A stretch of DNA of 64,000 nt from a virus (Duplodnaviria > Heunggongvirae > Uroviricota > Caudoviricetes). Positions 28,793 through 39,038 of the stretch are shown here, in pieces. The notes below the pieces were generated by a model. That model was not told the origin of the DNA, searched no databases, and worked only from the letters and a program-made list of their open reading frames with translations. The first letter of the stretch is position 1. Every line of letters begins with the position of its first letter. Location of the stretch: positions 27,302 to 91,301 of IMG/VR virus record IMGVR_UViG_3300021387_000895. One strand, given 5' to 3'. A program made the translations under genes and the position numbers.

Positions 28793-30253
28793 GAACAACC
28801 TTTACCGAAGCATGGTGCGTGCTGCTTATCTTCTCTTAATTTGTCAGAATTTGTTCGTTTCCCATACACAGAGAAAGCATTCTTCGCAAGTGGAGAGTTC
28901 GTTTTAGCTGTAGAGAAAGCGGTTAAGGCGCTTGATAAGTTAATTGATGAGAATTATAATCGGCATCCTTTAAAAGAACAACAAGAAATGAGTTTTAATT
29001 ATAGGAACATTGGCCTTGGTGTATTTGGTTATGGAACAATGCTCATGAAGCTTGGAATGCGATACGGTTCTGAGGAAGCTCTTAAGTTTACTGATGATAT
29101 TTTCGGTTTACTTTTTAGGGCAGCCGTTCTTGCCAGCAACGATCTCGCAAAAGAGTTCGGACCCTATCCTAAATACAAAGAGTGCGTCCTAGACAGTGAT
29201 ATTATTAAAGCTCATTTCAGACAAGACGAAATTGACGAACTGAAGCAATGCGGTCTTCGAAATTGCTCATTAATTTCGATTGCTCCAACCGGAACACTTG
29301 CGACATTGCTTGGCGAAACTAGTGGATGTGAACCAGAATTTGCTATGAAGTATACTCGTAGAACTGTTGGTATGACTGATGGTGATAACACTTACTATGA
29401 AGTCGATTGCAAGGCTGCAAAAGAGTATAAGGAAATTAATCATACCGATATTCTTCCTGATTATTTCGTCGCATCTGATGATATTCCTTGGATGGATCGA
29501 ATTCGCACTCAAGCGGTGATGCAAAAACATGTCGATACAGGTATTAGTTCTACAGTCAATCTGCCATATGAAACTAAAGTCGAAGAGATAGAAGACCTTT
29601 ATATTGAGGCGTGGAAACATGGTCTCAAGGGTATTACTGTTTTCCGAAAAGGATGCAAGCGAATGCCCATTCTTTCGATTGATAAGAAAGAAGGCGAGAT
29701 CAAAAAGATTGGTAAGATGAGAAAACTTACTACTGGTTGTGGATCTCTGCATCTATGTGCTATGTTCAATTCGGTTACGGGAGAGCTCATGGAGATATTC
29801 TTGAACAAGGGATCTTCCGGCGGATGCAATAACTTCATGATCGGTCTTAGTAGGCAGATCTCCCTTAATTGCCAGAACGGAGCAAAGATTGATGATATTC
29901 TTGATCAGCTTGCTTCATCTGGCGTGTGCCCATCTTATGCCGTAAGAACTGCAACAAAGCATGACACTTCTCCTGGTTCATCTTGTCCTGTTGCAGTAGG
30001 AAAGGCACTTAAGGAGATGTGGGAGGAGATGCAAAGTGAGCTTCGAACCGTGGCAAAAGATACTGCTAAAAACAATGATTCTCAAACCAGAACTAGTAAA
30101 ACAAAACACTATCAGGATTCCAAGAAAGATGGGGAAATCTCAAATGGAGTTGAAGCATATGATGGAAAGAAGTGTCCAGTTTGCGGAAAAGCAATCGACC
30201 ACATCGGAGGATGTGACCAATGTACCAACTGCGGATGGAGTAAATGCGAGTGA
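28793..30253 (+). CDS. ribonucleotide reductase, exon 2 (C-terminal zinc-ribbon CPVCG..CDQCTNCG)
   Basis: EQPLPKHGACCLSSLNL active-site loop and further RNR barrel motifs. Confidence 0.7.
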   Translation, partial: EQPLPKHGACCLSSLNLSEFVRFPYTEKAFFASGEFVLAVEKAVKALDKLIDENYNRHPLKEQQEMSFNYRNIGLGVFGYGTMLMKLGMRYGSEEALKFTDDIFGLLFRAAVLASNDLAKEFGPYPKYKECVLDSDIIKAHFRQDEIDELKQCGLRNCSLISIAPTGTLATLLGETSGCEPEFAMKYTRRTVGMTDGDNTYYEVDCKAAKEYKEINHTDILPDYFVASDDIPWMDRIRTQAVMQKHVDTGISSTVNLPYETKVEEIEDLYIEAWKHGLKGITVFRKGCKRMPILSIDKKEGEIKKIGKMRKLTTGCGSLHLCAMFNSVTGELMEIFLNKGSSGGCNNFMIGLSRQISLNCQNGAKIDDILDQLASSGVCPSYAVRTATKHDTSPGSSCPVAVGKALKEMWEEMQSELRTVAKDTAKNNDSQTRTSKTKHYQDSKKDGEISNGVEAYDGKKCPVCGKAIDHIGGCDQCTNCGWSKCE

Positions 30254-30376
30254 TATTTACAGATTAAATACTATTTCTAATAAGTTTATACCTAAAGACG
30301 GAATAATTAGAATGCCTTATATTCTAACAAGAAAAGAATTCGAAGCAATATGCGAACGTAATAAGGAGAATAAGTA

Positions 30377-30580
30377 ATGAAAAGAGTAGGTATTTGCACT
30401 GGAAAAGTATATTCTGACGATGACTATAACGATCACAATATTAAAGAATGTGCCATCTGTGTCACTCCTTCTTTGCCGGAAGAGGATGGGATTCGAAATG
30501 CAAAGGAAAGAGCTCAGCTTCGAAGAACTATGATGGCTTGCGGAGTTGAATGCAAGGAATGTGAAGAGAGGCGAAAGTAA
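30377..30580 (+). CDS. hypothetical Cys-rich small protein
   Basis: AAGGAG RBS, ATGA coupling. Confidence 0.35.
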   Translation: MKRVGICTGKVYSDDDYNDHNIKECAICVTPSLPEEDGIRNAKERAQLRRTMMACGVECKECEERRK

Positions 30581-30748
30581 TATCTCGCGATCAAAACAAG
30601 CCGTATAGTGATAAGGAGTTGTGAAAAGCAGCCTCTTATATTTTTCTCTACTGATATGACGGACTTTATGGAGGTGAAATTATGTCTCGTTGGATTGGTG
30701 ACTAATTGGATTAACGTTGGTGATATTTGGTAATAAGGAGAGCAAGGA

Positions 30749-31519
30749 ATGAATGCTAAATTTGTAGTCAAAACTTTGTGGAGTTGGTGTAAACGTCATT
30801 CAACAAGGTTGTTGGCTGGAGGAGCTATTTTAGCAGAAGCATGGGGTTTTTACTTTATGCATAGAGAAGCTCCAGTTGTTAAGGAACGACTAGATAATCT
30901 CGATCCTGATGCAAAATGGTATGAAAAGGTCAAGACAAGTGTACCCGTATATTTACCAGCAATCGGTATGTTTATCGTGTCATCGGCATGTATTGTCGGA
31001 GGCTGTATTGCAGGGGAAGCCAAGACGGCAATGATGGCAGGATTATATTCCGCATCAGCAGCAGAACTTCAAAAGTATAAAGACAAGATGATCGAAACTG
31101 TAGGTGAAGACAAAGCTCAAGAAATCCATAATGATATTGCAAGAGATCTTGAAAAGAAATCTCCGTCTTCATTTGACGAATCGATGATTGAGTATACGAA
31201 TCATGGAGGTCAATTGTTCTATGATCCGAATACGGCAAGGTTCTTTACTTCGACTGAGAGTTATATTTTGAAGTGTGTTGAGAAGATTAACAGCAAGATT
31301 TATGGTGTAGACATGTGGGTAAGTGTTAACGAGTTTTACGATGAACTTGGGATTACTCACGCTAAGTTGGCCGATCCATTTGGTTGGAATATAGACCATA
31401 AATTGGATGTATCTTTCGCACCTGCCAAGACTGATGATGGAAGATATTATGGAGTTCTTGTCTATTTCAACGAGCCGAGACTCTATAATGGAGAACTTCC
31501 GAAAAATATTAACGATTAA
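30749..31519 (+). CDS. membrane protein, paralog family member A (2 TM + conserved C-domain)
   Basis: C-terminal ARFF..NEFYDELGI..GW block shared with the 32500, 35264 and 36896 products. Confidence 0.5.
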   Translation: MNAKFVVKTLWSWCKRHSTRLLAGGAILAEAWGFYFMHREAPVVKERLDNLDPDAKWYEKVKTSVPVYLPAIGMFIVSSACIVGGCIAGEAKTAMMAGLYSASAAELQKYKDKMIETVGEDKAQEIHNDIARDLEKKSPSSFDESMIEYTNHGGQLFYDPNTARFFTSTESYILKCVEKINSKIYGVDMWVSVNEFYDELGITHAKLADPFGWNIDHKLDVSFAPAKTDDGRYYGVLVYFNEPRLYNGELPKNIND

Positions 31520-31573
31520 TCTCATAGGGGCTACTTAAATGTAGCTCCTTATATTTTTGAGGAGGAAACTGGT

Positions 31574-32485
31574 ATGAAGAAGATAATCATTTCTGTTCTT
31601 TTGGCAATCTTTGTGTCTTTGCTTGTAATCGATCTCCTTAATCCTACTTATGGATTCTTTGCGAAAGTGGACGCAGGCTATGCAGGGGTAGTAGATTACT
31701 TCGGAGATGTTAAAGATACACCTCTCAAACCTGGTTTTCACGTTACAAGATATTTCGAGCATGTGCATCCTGTAAGTATTAGAACTCAAAAGACGACATA
31801 TATCATTGAGGCATTCTCGTCTGATATTCAGCAGGTAGTCATGACTGTATCGGTCAATGCAAACGTATCGGAGGAGAGCGCTGGTATTCTCTACAAAAGG
31901 GTTGGCATGCATTACCAGGACACCCTTATCGAGCCAAAGCTTCAAGAAAATGCCAAAGTCGTGGTAAGTAAGTATACAGCGGAAGCATTGATCGAGAATC
32001 GTGAAATCTTGTCCAGAGAGATTCTTGAAAAGATGCAGGATGACATCTCTCCTTATGGGATTAAGGTCACTGATGTTTCCATTGAAAATCTTGATTTCAC
32101 TGATGCTTTTGAAGCGGCTGTGGAAGCAAAGCAAGTAGCTACTCAGGAGAAGCAAAAGGCTAAGACACAGGAAGAACAGAAGACGATGGAAGCTCAGCAA
32201 GCAGCCGAACGAGAAAAGATCAAGGCTGAGACAGAGGCATCTGTTCGCAAGATTCAAGCAGATTCTGAAGCTTATGCGATCCAGGCAAAGGCAGAAGCTA
32301 ATGCTCAGGCAAATATGAAGATATCTGAAAGCCTCACCCAGGAGCTCATTGACTACACCAAAGCTCAGACATGGGACGGCAAGCTTCCGACGACTTATGT
32401 TGGCAATGATGGCTCAATTCCGATTATTCAGTCAACTCAAGAGCACCAGACTACAGATCCAATATTTGAAGAATTCTCTAAATAA
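31574..32485 (+). CDS. SPFH / band-7 (prohibitin-stomatin-HflK/C-like) membrane protein
   Basis: N-terminal TM helix, SPFH core (IRTQKTTYIIEAFSSD..., YGIKVTDVSIENLDF), EQ/A-rich coiled C-terminus. Confidence 0.7.
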   Translation: MKKIIISVLLAIFVSLLVIDLLNPTYGFFAKVDAGYAGVVDYFGDVKDTPLKPGFHVTRYFEHVHPVSIRTQKTTYIIEAFSSDIQQVVMTVSVNANVSEESAGILYKRVGMHYQDTLIEPKLQENAKVVVSKYTAEALIENREILSREILEKMQDDISPYGIKVTDVSIENLDFTDAFEAAVEAKQVATQEKQKAKTQEEQKTMEAQQAAEREKIKAETEASVRKIQADSEAYAIQAKAEANAQANMKISESLTQELIDYTKAQTWDGKLPTTYVGNDGSIPIIQSTQEHQTTDPIFEEFSK

Positions 32486-32499
32486 TTGGAGGATCAATT

Positions 32500-33204
32500 A
32501 TGGTCATCACAAAGAAAACCATAAGTCTTGCCTTAAGTCTTGTTTCGATACTCGGCGTAGGCATGACAAGTATTCTTTCGATCAAAGGTCACGAAAAGGC
32601 ATCTGCTGAAACTGATGAAAAAGCCAAGATAAAGCATTATATTCCTCCAATTGTAAGTGGAGTTGTCACAAGTGCATGTATTCTTGGGGCTTACGGAGCA
32701 TCAGCAAGTGAGATTGCAACTCTTACAGCGGCTTGCAGTTGTCTTACAGCTAATAAAAGTAAAATAGAACAAGTGATAAGTGATAAGTTGGGACCTGAAG
32801 AACTCAAAGATATTAAAAAGCAAGCACTTCCGGTAGTTCCAGTTCAAAGGACTGTAGAAGACACTGGATATGGAAGTCTGCTTTGCTTTGAAGAGTATTC
32901 TGCAAGATTTTTCTATTCTTCAATGGAAGCAGTAGAAGACGCAGAAAAGAAGTTGAGTTCTCGATATAGGAATGGTCATAGGATAAGTCTTAATGATTTT
33001 TATGATTACTTAGGCATACAGAGGACTACCTTTGGTAATAATTGGGGATGGGTTCCAGATCCAAGTACATTCAATCCAAGATATTACGACGATAATCCAC
33101 TATGCTTTGATGATCAGATTGTAGAAGATTCTATTACAAAGAAAGCGGTAAGACTTATCACTTTCTATAACTTCCCAACAAGTAATTGGATGTACGACGA
33201 ATAA
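32500..33204 (+). CDS. membrane protein, paralog family member B
   Basis: Two TM helices; ARFFYSS..NDFYDYLGI..NWGW. Confidence 0.5.
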   Translation: MVITKKTISLALSLVSILGVGMTSILSIKGHEKASAETDEKAKIKHYIPPIVSGVVTSACILGAYGASASEIATLTAACSCLTANKSKIEQVISDKLGPEELKDIKKQALPVVPVQRTVEDTGYGSLLCFEEYSARFFYSSMEAVEDAEKKLSSRYRNGHRISLNDFYDYLGIQRTTFGNNWGWVPDPSTFNPRYYDDNPLCFDDQIVEDSITKKAVRLITFYNFPTSNWMYDE

Positions 33205-33207
33205 GGA

Positions 33208-33528
33208 GTGATATTCATGTGGAGTAAAGGTGCTGTTGTGATCAAGAAACATGGTGACCAAAAGATAGCCGATGCTATTGCAGACGGAATGACTCTTCAA
33301 TTGGTATCTGCTGATGAATTCGAAGACATGAAGCGAGAAAACTTCTTTCTTAAAAAGAAGAACGAAGCCAGTATCCAAAAAGCCATTGATGATGCACAAC
33401 TTCAGTATGGCTATAATTGGGTTCCTCCAAAATGGGCTAATAAACTTGTTGGAGGAATTGCGTTAATCGTTTATGGCTTTTCCATATTCGTCGATAAATG
33501 CAGAAAACTGATAATCAGAGATTGGTAA
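33208..33528 (+). CDS. hypothetical protein (C-terminal TM)
   Basis: GGAGTGATATTCATG context. Confidence 0.4.
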   Translation: MIFMWSKGAVVIKKHGDQKIADAIADGMTLQLVSADEFEDMKRENFFLKKKNEASIQKAIDDAQLQYGYNWVPPKWANKLVGGIALIVYGFSIFVDKCRKLIIRDW

Positions 33529-33533
33529 TCACA

Positions 33534-33752
33534 ATGAAAAAGAAACACTGTTATATTTGCAACCGCGAAGTGGTTCCGGCATTTAAGTTCGGAGCCACTT
33601 TCTATACTCGAAAAAAGAAGCTAATTGGTAATGGGTACAAAATAGTGTCTCAATACAAACGGCTATATTTGTGTAGCAAATGCATTGAGACAGCAAAGGC
33701 TCTCATAAGTCACAATATCGCGGTCAAAACAAGCGACATAATAGACGAATAA
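33534..33752 (+). CDS. hypothetical zinc-ribbon protein
   Basis: CYICN..CSKC. Confidence 0.35.
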   Translation: MKKKHCYICNREVVPAFKFGATFYTRKKKLIGNGYKIVSQYKRLYLCSKCIETAKALISHNIAVKTSDIIDE

Positions 33753-33789
33753 ACTTTCGTCATATATTTTTTGTAAGGAGGAGACTAAA

Positions 33790-34089
33790 ATGGCTGACAC
33801 TAAGAACGACGTCAAGAAGGATTCCAAGGAGAAGAAAGGGTTTCTGAAGAAGACCGCTAAAGCAGCAAGTAGCGCAAGCGGCTGGGTCGTAGATAAGATC
33901 GTAAAGTATCCTAAGATGGCAGCGACTTTGCTGTTTGGTGTAGGTACGGCGGTTGGTTTTGCCGCCAGGATCATTTACGAAGGCGTTATGGCTGATGCAT
34001 CGTCTGTCGAGAACAATGTGATTGAGACTGAATTCGTTCCTACCGATGATGAAGTAGAGCAGACCGAAAATACTGTGACAGAAGATTAA
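33790..34089 (+). CDS. hypothetical membrane protein
   Basis: AAGGAGG RBS; terminator hairpin downstream. Confidence 0.4.
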   Translation: MADTKNDVKKDSKEKKGFLKKTAKAASSASGWVVDKIVKYPKMAATLLFGVGTAVGFAARIIYEGVMADASSVENNVIETEFVPTDDEVEQTENTVTED

Positions 34090-34162
34090 ATTGTAGTTTG
34101 GTGGGAGATGGATTTAGTGATTCAACTCCCACTTATTTTTTCTGATTATTGAGGTGAACTCA

Positions 34163-34441
34163 ATGAAGAATCCGTTTGACTCTTTGACTAAGAAGTTTGC
34201 TAAGACAGCTTCAGTCGAGGTTAAAAAGGAAGTCAAGAAAACAGTAATTGACTTACTTCCAGGAATTTTGACAATAGCCGGAACAATAATCGGCCTCGTT
34301 ATATTTCATAATGTTCATGATTCATATGACGATGAGCCTTGTTGCTTTCCAGCTCACAGCTCAACAACAATAACAACCAACAACTATTTCTTTCAGGATC
34401 TTTCAGAGGATATGATCAAAAAGATAATCGATGATGAATGA
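34163..34441 (+). CDS. hypothetical membrane protein
   Basis: GAGGTGA RBS. Confidence 0.4.
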   Translation: MKNPFDSLTKKFAKTASVEVKKEVKKTVIDLLPGILTIAGTIIGLVIFHNVHDSYDDEPCCFPAHSSTTITTNNYFFQDLSEDMIKKIIDDE

Positions 34442-34456
34442 GGAGGGCTCTGCCAA

Positions 34457-34720
34457 ATGGATGGTAATGAAAAGCTCAAGATTGTAAAGACTGTCGTCAA
34501 GTTTGTGGCGGCTGGTCTTGTAGAGCTTTTTACCGGAGCTGCTGTTGCAAATCTGGTAGATGGAGTAGATGGCGGTAAATTACCTAAAATTGGTGCGAAA
34601 GTAGGAGGTGCCTTAGTCGGACTAATGGTTGGTGATCAAGTAGGCGACTATCTCTGTGATGGGATAGACAGTATGCTTGAAGATATCGACGATCTTAAGA
34701 ACGCTATTGAGGAAGAATAA
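34457..34720 (+). CDS. hypothetical Gly-rich membrane protein
   Basis: RBS GAGGAGGG. Confidence 0.4.
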   Translation: MDGNEKLKIVKTVVKFVAAGLVELFTGAAVANLVDGVDGGKLPKIGAKVGGALVGLMVGDQVGDYLCDGIDSMLEDIDDLKNAIEEE

Positions 34721-34758
34721 TAAAGATAACTAATTAGAGTGCTGAAAGGGGAATAAAA

Positions 34759-35187
34759 ATGGAAATTATTAAGAAGATCGACGTTACTCTTACTGACGAA
34801 TTCATGTCTACTATTGCGTGTTTGGCAGGTACTATTATCGAAGATGATCAAGAGATGCGGATGATGGCTGTCCATCTTCTCATCGAAAGCATCATCAAAT
34901 ACAACATTGATTCAGAGTCTGCCGGTATTCTCCTGGAAGCTGCATCGGCTGCATGTTGCGGTGGTGAGACAGAAGAAAAACGTAAAAATGCAGCATCAAA
35001 CGTTATTGTAAAGACCTTAACTCCTAAGATTAAAAACCTGATTAATAATGGCACAAGAGAGGAGGGAGAGGCATTTGCTAATAAGCTCAAAGAAAAAATT
35101 AGCATAGTAAATGCTTCACCCGACGTCGATAAAACATTCGAAGATATTATGAATTCTTATTCGGTAAGCATCATCGAAGATGATTAA
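34759..35187 (+). CDS. hypothetical protein
   Basis: RBS GGGGAA. Confidence 0.4.
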   Translation: MEIIKKIDVTLTDEFMSTIACLAGTIIEDDQEMRMMAVHLLIESIIKYNIDSESAGILLEAASAACCGGETEEKRKNAASNVIVKTLTPKIKNLINNGTREEGEAFANKLKEKISIVNASPDVDKTFEDIMNSYSVSIIEDD

Positions 35188-35263
35188 AAAGGAAACTATT
35201 GTTGCCGTGTGTTTTAATGCATGCGGCAACACTTAACTATATTTATATCGGAGGTGATTTGGG

Positions 35264-35890
35264 TTGGAAGACCAGAACAAGGAAGAATTATATCCTGGTA
35301 ATTCTTACAGTGTCCAAAAACAGCCTTTAACAAAGCGATCTGAATCAGAAAAGAAAGAGCGAAGACAGAAACCTATTGCTCAAGCTAAAGAAAAGAAGAG
35401 GACCTTTGGTCAAAAATTTGCTGATAGATTTTTGTCTATAACAAAGGACGAAATACAGAATCGCTTGATTGATGAATGGTTATTTCCAGGAATTTGTAAT
35501 GCCATAGAAGATCTCGTTCACTTTATATTGTTTCAAGATCGTATTCGTCCTGGCTCCAGGCGTGATCGTGATGACGGTCGCATGAGGAGAATCGATTATA
35601 ATGGTCGTTATGACGAATCTCGAAGAGAGCCATATTTAAATCGAAGGACCAGACAACCGGAACTTGTATTTGATACACGAGACGAAGCAAACGAAGTCCT
35701 GGAGACTCTATACGAGTATCTTGACGATTATAGAAAGGTTACTGTGAAAGACCTTTACACGCTTGCTGACATGCCTACAGATTTTACGATGACAAATTGG
35801 GGATGGTACGATCTGTCAGACGCAATTGTTTTGAGATGTGATGAAGGTTTCTTACTTAGAATGCCAAAAATTCAAGAAATAAGGAGATAA
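35264..35890 (+). CDS. paralog family member C (basic N-terminus, conserved DLY..NWGW C-domain)
   Basis: VKDLYTLADMPTDFTMTNWGWYD. Confidence 0.45.
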   Translation: MEDQNKEELYPGNSYSVQKQPLTKRSESEKKERRQKPIAQAKEKKRTFGQKFADRFLSITKDEIQNRLIDEWLFPGICNAIEDLVHFILFQDRIRPGSRRDRDDGRMRRIDYNGRYDESRREPYLNRRTRQPELVFDTRDEANEVLETLYEYLDDYRKVTVKDLYTLADMPTDFTMTNWGWYDLSDAIVLRCDEGFLLRMPKIQEIRR

Positions 35891-35894
35891 TAAA

Positions 35895-36542
35895 ATGCTT
35901 AATCGTATGTCTGAAAAAGAAATTGAACTCGCAAATGATAATATTTACAAATTTGCACGGTGTATAGGAGCTACCGTTGAGAAAGAACTAAACAGTATAG
36001 ATGATCTTTGTGAAGTTACCATCAAAATGCCTTTCGACTACCTCTCCAGGTTTGGAATCAACATTCCTAGTCAAGAGCGAATGTCCGAAAAGAGAATTAA
36101 ATCGAGCTTCGAAGTCAAAGATGTTCGCGTCTATGGTGATCGTGTCGTGGTAATGTATTTTACTGACGGCACATATACCAAAGCGTGTTGTACAAAGAAT
36201 GATGCTGAAGATGGAAAGTTTGACATCGACATGGGCATCCTCATTTGCTTAGCTCGAAAAATGCTTGGTGATGATGGTAATAACCGAAAACTCAAAAAGA
36301 CGATTCGTTATATTCGTAAACTCATGAATGATAATGAAAAAGATCGAAGGAAGATTGAGGCAGAAAACAAAAAGAAGGAACAGGATAGGATCATAAAGAA
36401 TCTAAAGGCAGCCGAAGAGATTGCCAATGAGCGAAATAAGGACATTGATGATATTAAGAAAGCTATTATCGAAGCTCTGAAATACGTCAATGCATCTTCA
36501 AAAGATCCGATTCACGTAAATCCGGAGGATAACCATTCATGA
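35895..36542 (+). CDS. hypothetical protein
   Basis: AAGGAG RBS. Confidence 0.4.
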   Translation: MLNRMSEKEIELANDNIYKFARCIGATVEKELNSIDDLCEVTIKMPFDYLSRFGINIPSQERMSEKRIKSSFEVKDVRVYGDRVVVMYFTDGTYTKACCTKNDAEDGKFDIDMGILICLARKMLGDDGNNRKLKKTIRYIRKLMNDNEKDRRKIEAENKKKEQDRIIKNLKAAEEIANERNKDIDDIKKAIIEALKYVNASSKDPIHVNPEDNHS

Positions 36543-36793
36543 ATAGAGGCGGAAAAATCGTAACACCTATTCGAGAGGCCATGACCGATGATGGCATCGA
36601 TGGAGTGATATTTCATTGCAAAAACCGAAATGACGCTGAAAAAGTAAGGATCTCCTCAATAATCGTAAAGCACCGAAACGCATATGACTTCAAGACGCAT
36701 AGAATAGGCGCTGATCTTATCGTACATAAGCCCGAAGTAGATATTTTTGAAAATCCAACATATATTGATGCTGATATCGCATATGAAAAGTGA
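36539..36793 (+). CDS. hypothetical protein
   Basis: ATGA coupling. Confidence 0.4.
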   Translation: MNRGGKIVTPIREAMTDDGIDGVIFHCKNRNDAEKVRISSIIVKHRNAYDFKTHRIGADLIVHKPEVDIFENPTYIDADIAYEK

Positions 36794-36895
36794 TCGCGGT
36801 CAAAACAAGTTTGTTGGTGATAAAGGGCTCTAAATACAGGGCTCTTTATTTTTCTTTATAGGGAATGGACCAAATAAAAATCAGGAGGCAGGATT

Positions 36896-37939
36896 ATGAA
36901 ATTCCCAATCAAGATCAAAATTCCACCTAAACTCACAAACTTCTACATCAAAGCAATGACAAAAGTGAAGCATAAGTCACCAGAGATTTGTCTTGGAATT
37001 GGAATCGTAACCGGGGTTGGTGCTGTCATTCTTGTCGGTATAAAGACCTGGAAGAATAAGGATTTGCTCATGGATGATGCAGCAGAAATTGTAAGACTTA
37101 CTGACTACGATCCGGAAAATGATAACGATCCTAATAATCCTCTTTTAACTGAAGAAGAACGAATCATTGATCTTAAGAAAGCTAAGAAAGAAATGCGGAT
37201 GGATATCGTAAAGACGTATTGGATTCCAGTTGTATTGACTATAAGCTCTATCAGCTTTACAATTGGTGGATATCGAATTCTTCGCAAAGAACTTGCCACG
37301 ATGACTGCTGCATACGCTCTGTTGCTCGATTCTTATAAGCGTTATATTCAGAATGATATTAATCGCAACGGCATCGAGAGTTATCAGGACAACATGCATG
37401 GCATCAAGATGGTTGACACAATTGATGAGGAAACCGGAGAAGTCGTACAAAAAGCCATTGTGCAAAGGGAACTCAATTGTTCACGATATGCTCGCTGGTT
37501 TGATGAGGGTAATTATGACAGTGCTATTTGTAAGTGGATTTGGCGTAATCCTAATTGGCATCACAACAAAATTGAGTGCGCTCGTCGTGTCAAGATGATT
37601 CAAAGTTCTCTTAATGACACCCTTCATATGCGTGGATGGATGAAGCTCAACGAAGCTTACATGGCTTTCGGACTTCCTTGCAGTGAGGAAGGTGAACATG
37701 TTGGTTGGGTCCTTGGCTCTGGCCATGATGACTTTATCGATGTTGCCGTGTTCCCCGATTTCCAGAACGGTCGTCATCAGCTTCCTATTAATAAGAAGTT
37801 CCTTGATGAGCGAGATCCACAGAACAATTGCTTGCTCGACTTCAACGTCGATGGCTGCATCGATTACATCTTCAAAGATATTCTCGAATACGACAATCGG
37901 AGCTATATCAGTTATGACAAGCGTAAGGCTCTACAGTGA
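36896..37939 (+). CDS. membrane protein, paralog family member D
   Basis: Two TM helices; LNEAYMAFGL...VGW. Confidence 0.45.
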   Translation: MKFPIKIKIPPKLTNFYIKAMTKVKHKSPEICLGIGIVTGVGAVILVGIKTWKNKDLLMDDAAEIVRLTDYDPENDNDPNNPLLTEEERIIDLKKAKKEMRMDIVKTYWIPVVLTISSISFTIGGYRILRKELATMTAAYALLLDSYKRYIQNDINRNGIESYQDNMHGIKMVDTIDEETGEVVQKAIVQRELNCSRYARWFDEGNYDSAICKWIWRNPNWHHNKIECARRVKMIQSSLNDTLHMRGWMKLNEAYMAFGLPCSEEGEHVGWVLGSGHDDFIDVAVFPDFQNGRHQLPINKKFLDERDPQNNCLLDFNVDGCIDYIFKDILEYDNRSYISYDKRKALQ

Positions 37940-37968
37940 TATTTTGTGAAACGGAGGGTGTCGGATAA

Positions 37969-38787
37969 GTGAATACTAAGATTATTTATGGCGTTTCAGG
38001 TCTCTTAATCGGTAGTTTTCTTGGTGGAGGTACCATATCATTTGTTGCCACAAGAAGCCTTAGAAAGCGTATTAAAGAGCTTGAAATTCAGAACGAAGAT
38101 CTGATCGCCGAGAATCATAAAATCGCTCAGAGGGGCCTTAGAAGCCGCGAGAAGGGCCTTAAAACACAATCTTTACCAGAAGTTAAAAAAGACGACACAA
38201 TTAAGACTGAGGAAAAGGCTAAGAGTCGTCTTGAAAGCGAGCTTGAGCTACAGGAGAAGCAGGTAAAAACCGACTATGCAAAGCTCAGCAAAGAGTATGG
38301 AAGTGAGTCATTTGATGAGCATTTTGCCGATAGGGTTGGGCCTACTGATGAAGATGATCAGGAAGAAGATGGCGAAGAAGACGATGATTCTGACGACGAC
38401 CTAATCGACGATGACGAAGATGTTGTCGATGACACTTATAGAATCGTTGAATACACTGGAGATCCAAATGGAAGCATACATCAAATCACTTCTCAGGAAT
38501 TCAGGGATGACATTAACTACAGAGATAACGACACTTTCATCTATTATCAGGAAGATGATGTTCTGACTGATTCCAAAAACAATGTAATTCAGGATCATGA
38601 AAAGATAATTGGTTCTGAATGTATGGGAATCATTTGCGATACAGAAGAGGATTTCATCTATCTTGAAAATGAAATAGAGGATAAAATCTACGAGATAATC
38701 GTCAACCATAATGACAGCTTGTTCCGTGATATTATGGGCAATCCAATTTATTATGATGATAAAGATACAGAAGATGAGGTGGTCTAA
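37969..38787 (+). CDS. hypothetical membrane-anchored, highly acidic protein
   Basis: N-terminal TM helix; D/E-rich. Confidence 0.4.
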   Translation: MNTKIIYGVSGLLIGSFLGGGTISFVATRSLRKRIKELEIQNEDLIAENHKIAQRGLRSREKGLKTQSLPEVKKDDTIKTEEKAKSRLESELELQEKQVKTDYAKLSKEYGSESFDEHFADRVGPTDEDDQEEDGEEDDDSDDDLIDDDEDVVDDTYRIVEYTGDPNGSIHQITSQEFRDDINYRDNDTFIYYQEDDVLTDSKNNVIQDHEKIIGSECMGIICDTEEDFIYLENEIEDKIYEIIVNHNDSLFRDIMGNPIYYDDKDTEDEVV

Positions 38788-39038
38788 CGTGATCGCGCTG
38801 ATTATTGTAGTAGTCTTCATTATTTTTGTACTAGCAACCATGTGATTCACAATCAATTCGCATTTGAAACACGTTCTTTAGTAGAAAGGAGATGGTTGCT
38901 ATGAAGAAGGTTCTTTAACTAGAAATGTTGAATAGTAACTGGTGTCCATAATGCAAGTAAGGAAGGGTCTAAACAACTCTTCCTTATATTTTTACCTTAT
39001 CACTAGAACGACCAATGTAATTAAAGGAGGAAACTGGT

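Noticed and set aside
30036-30377. 113-aa ORF overlapping the RNR 3' end
   Set aside because: Alternative frame of the RNR C-terminus with no independent start signal.
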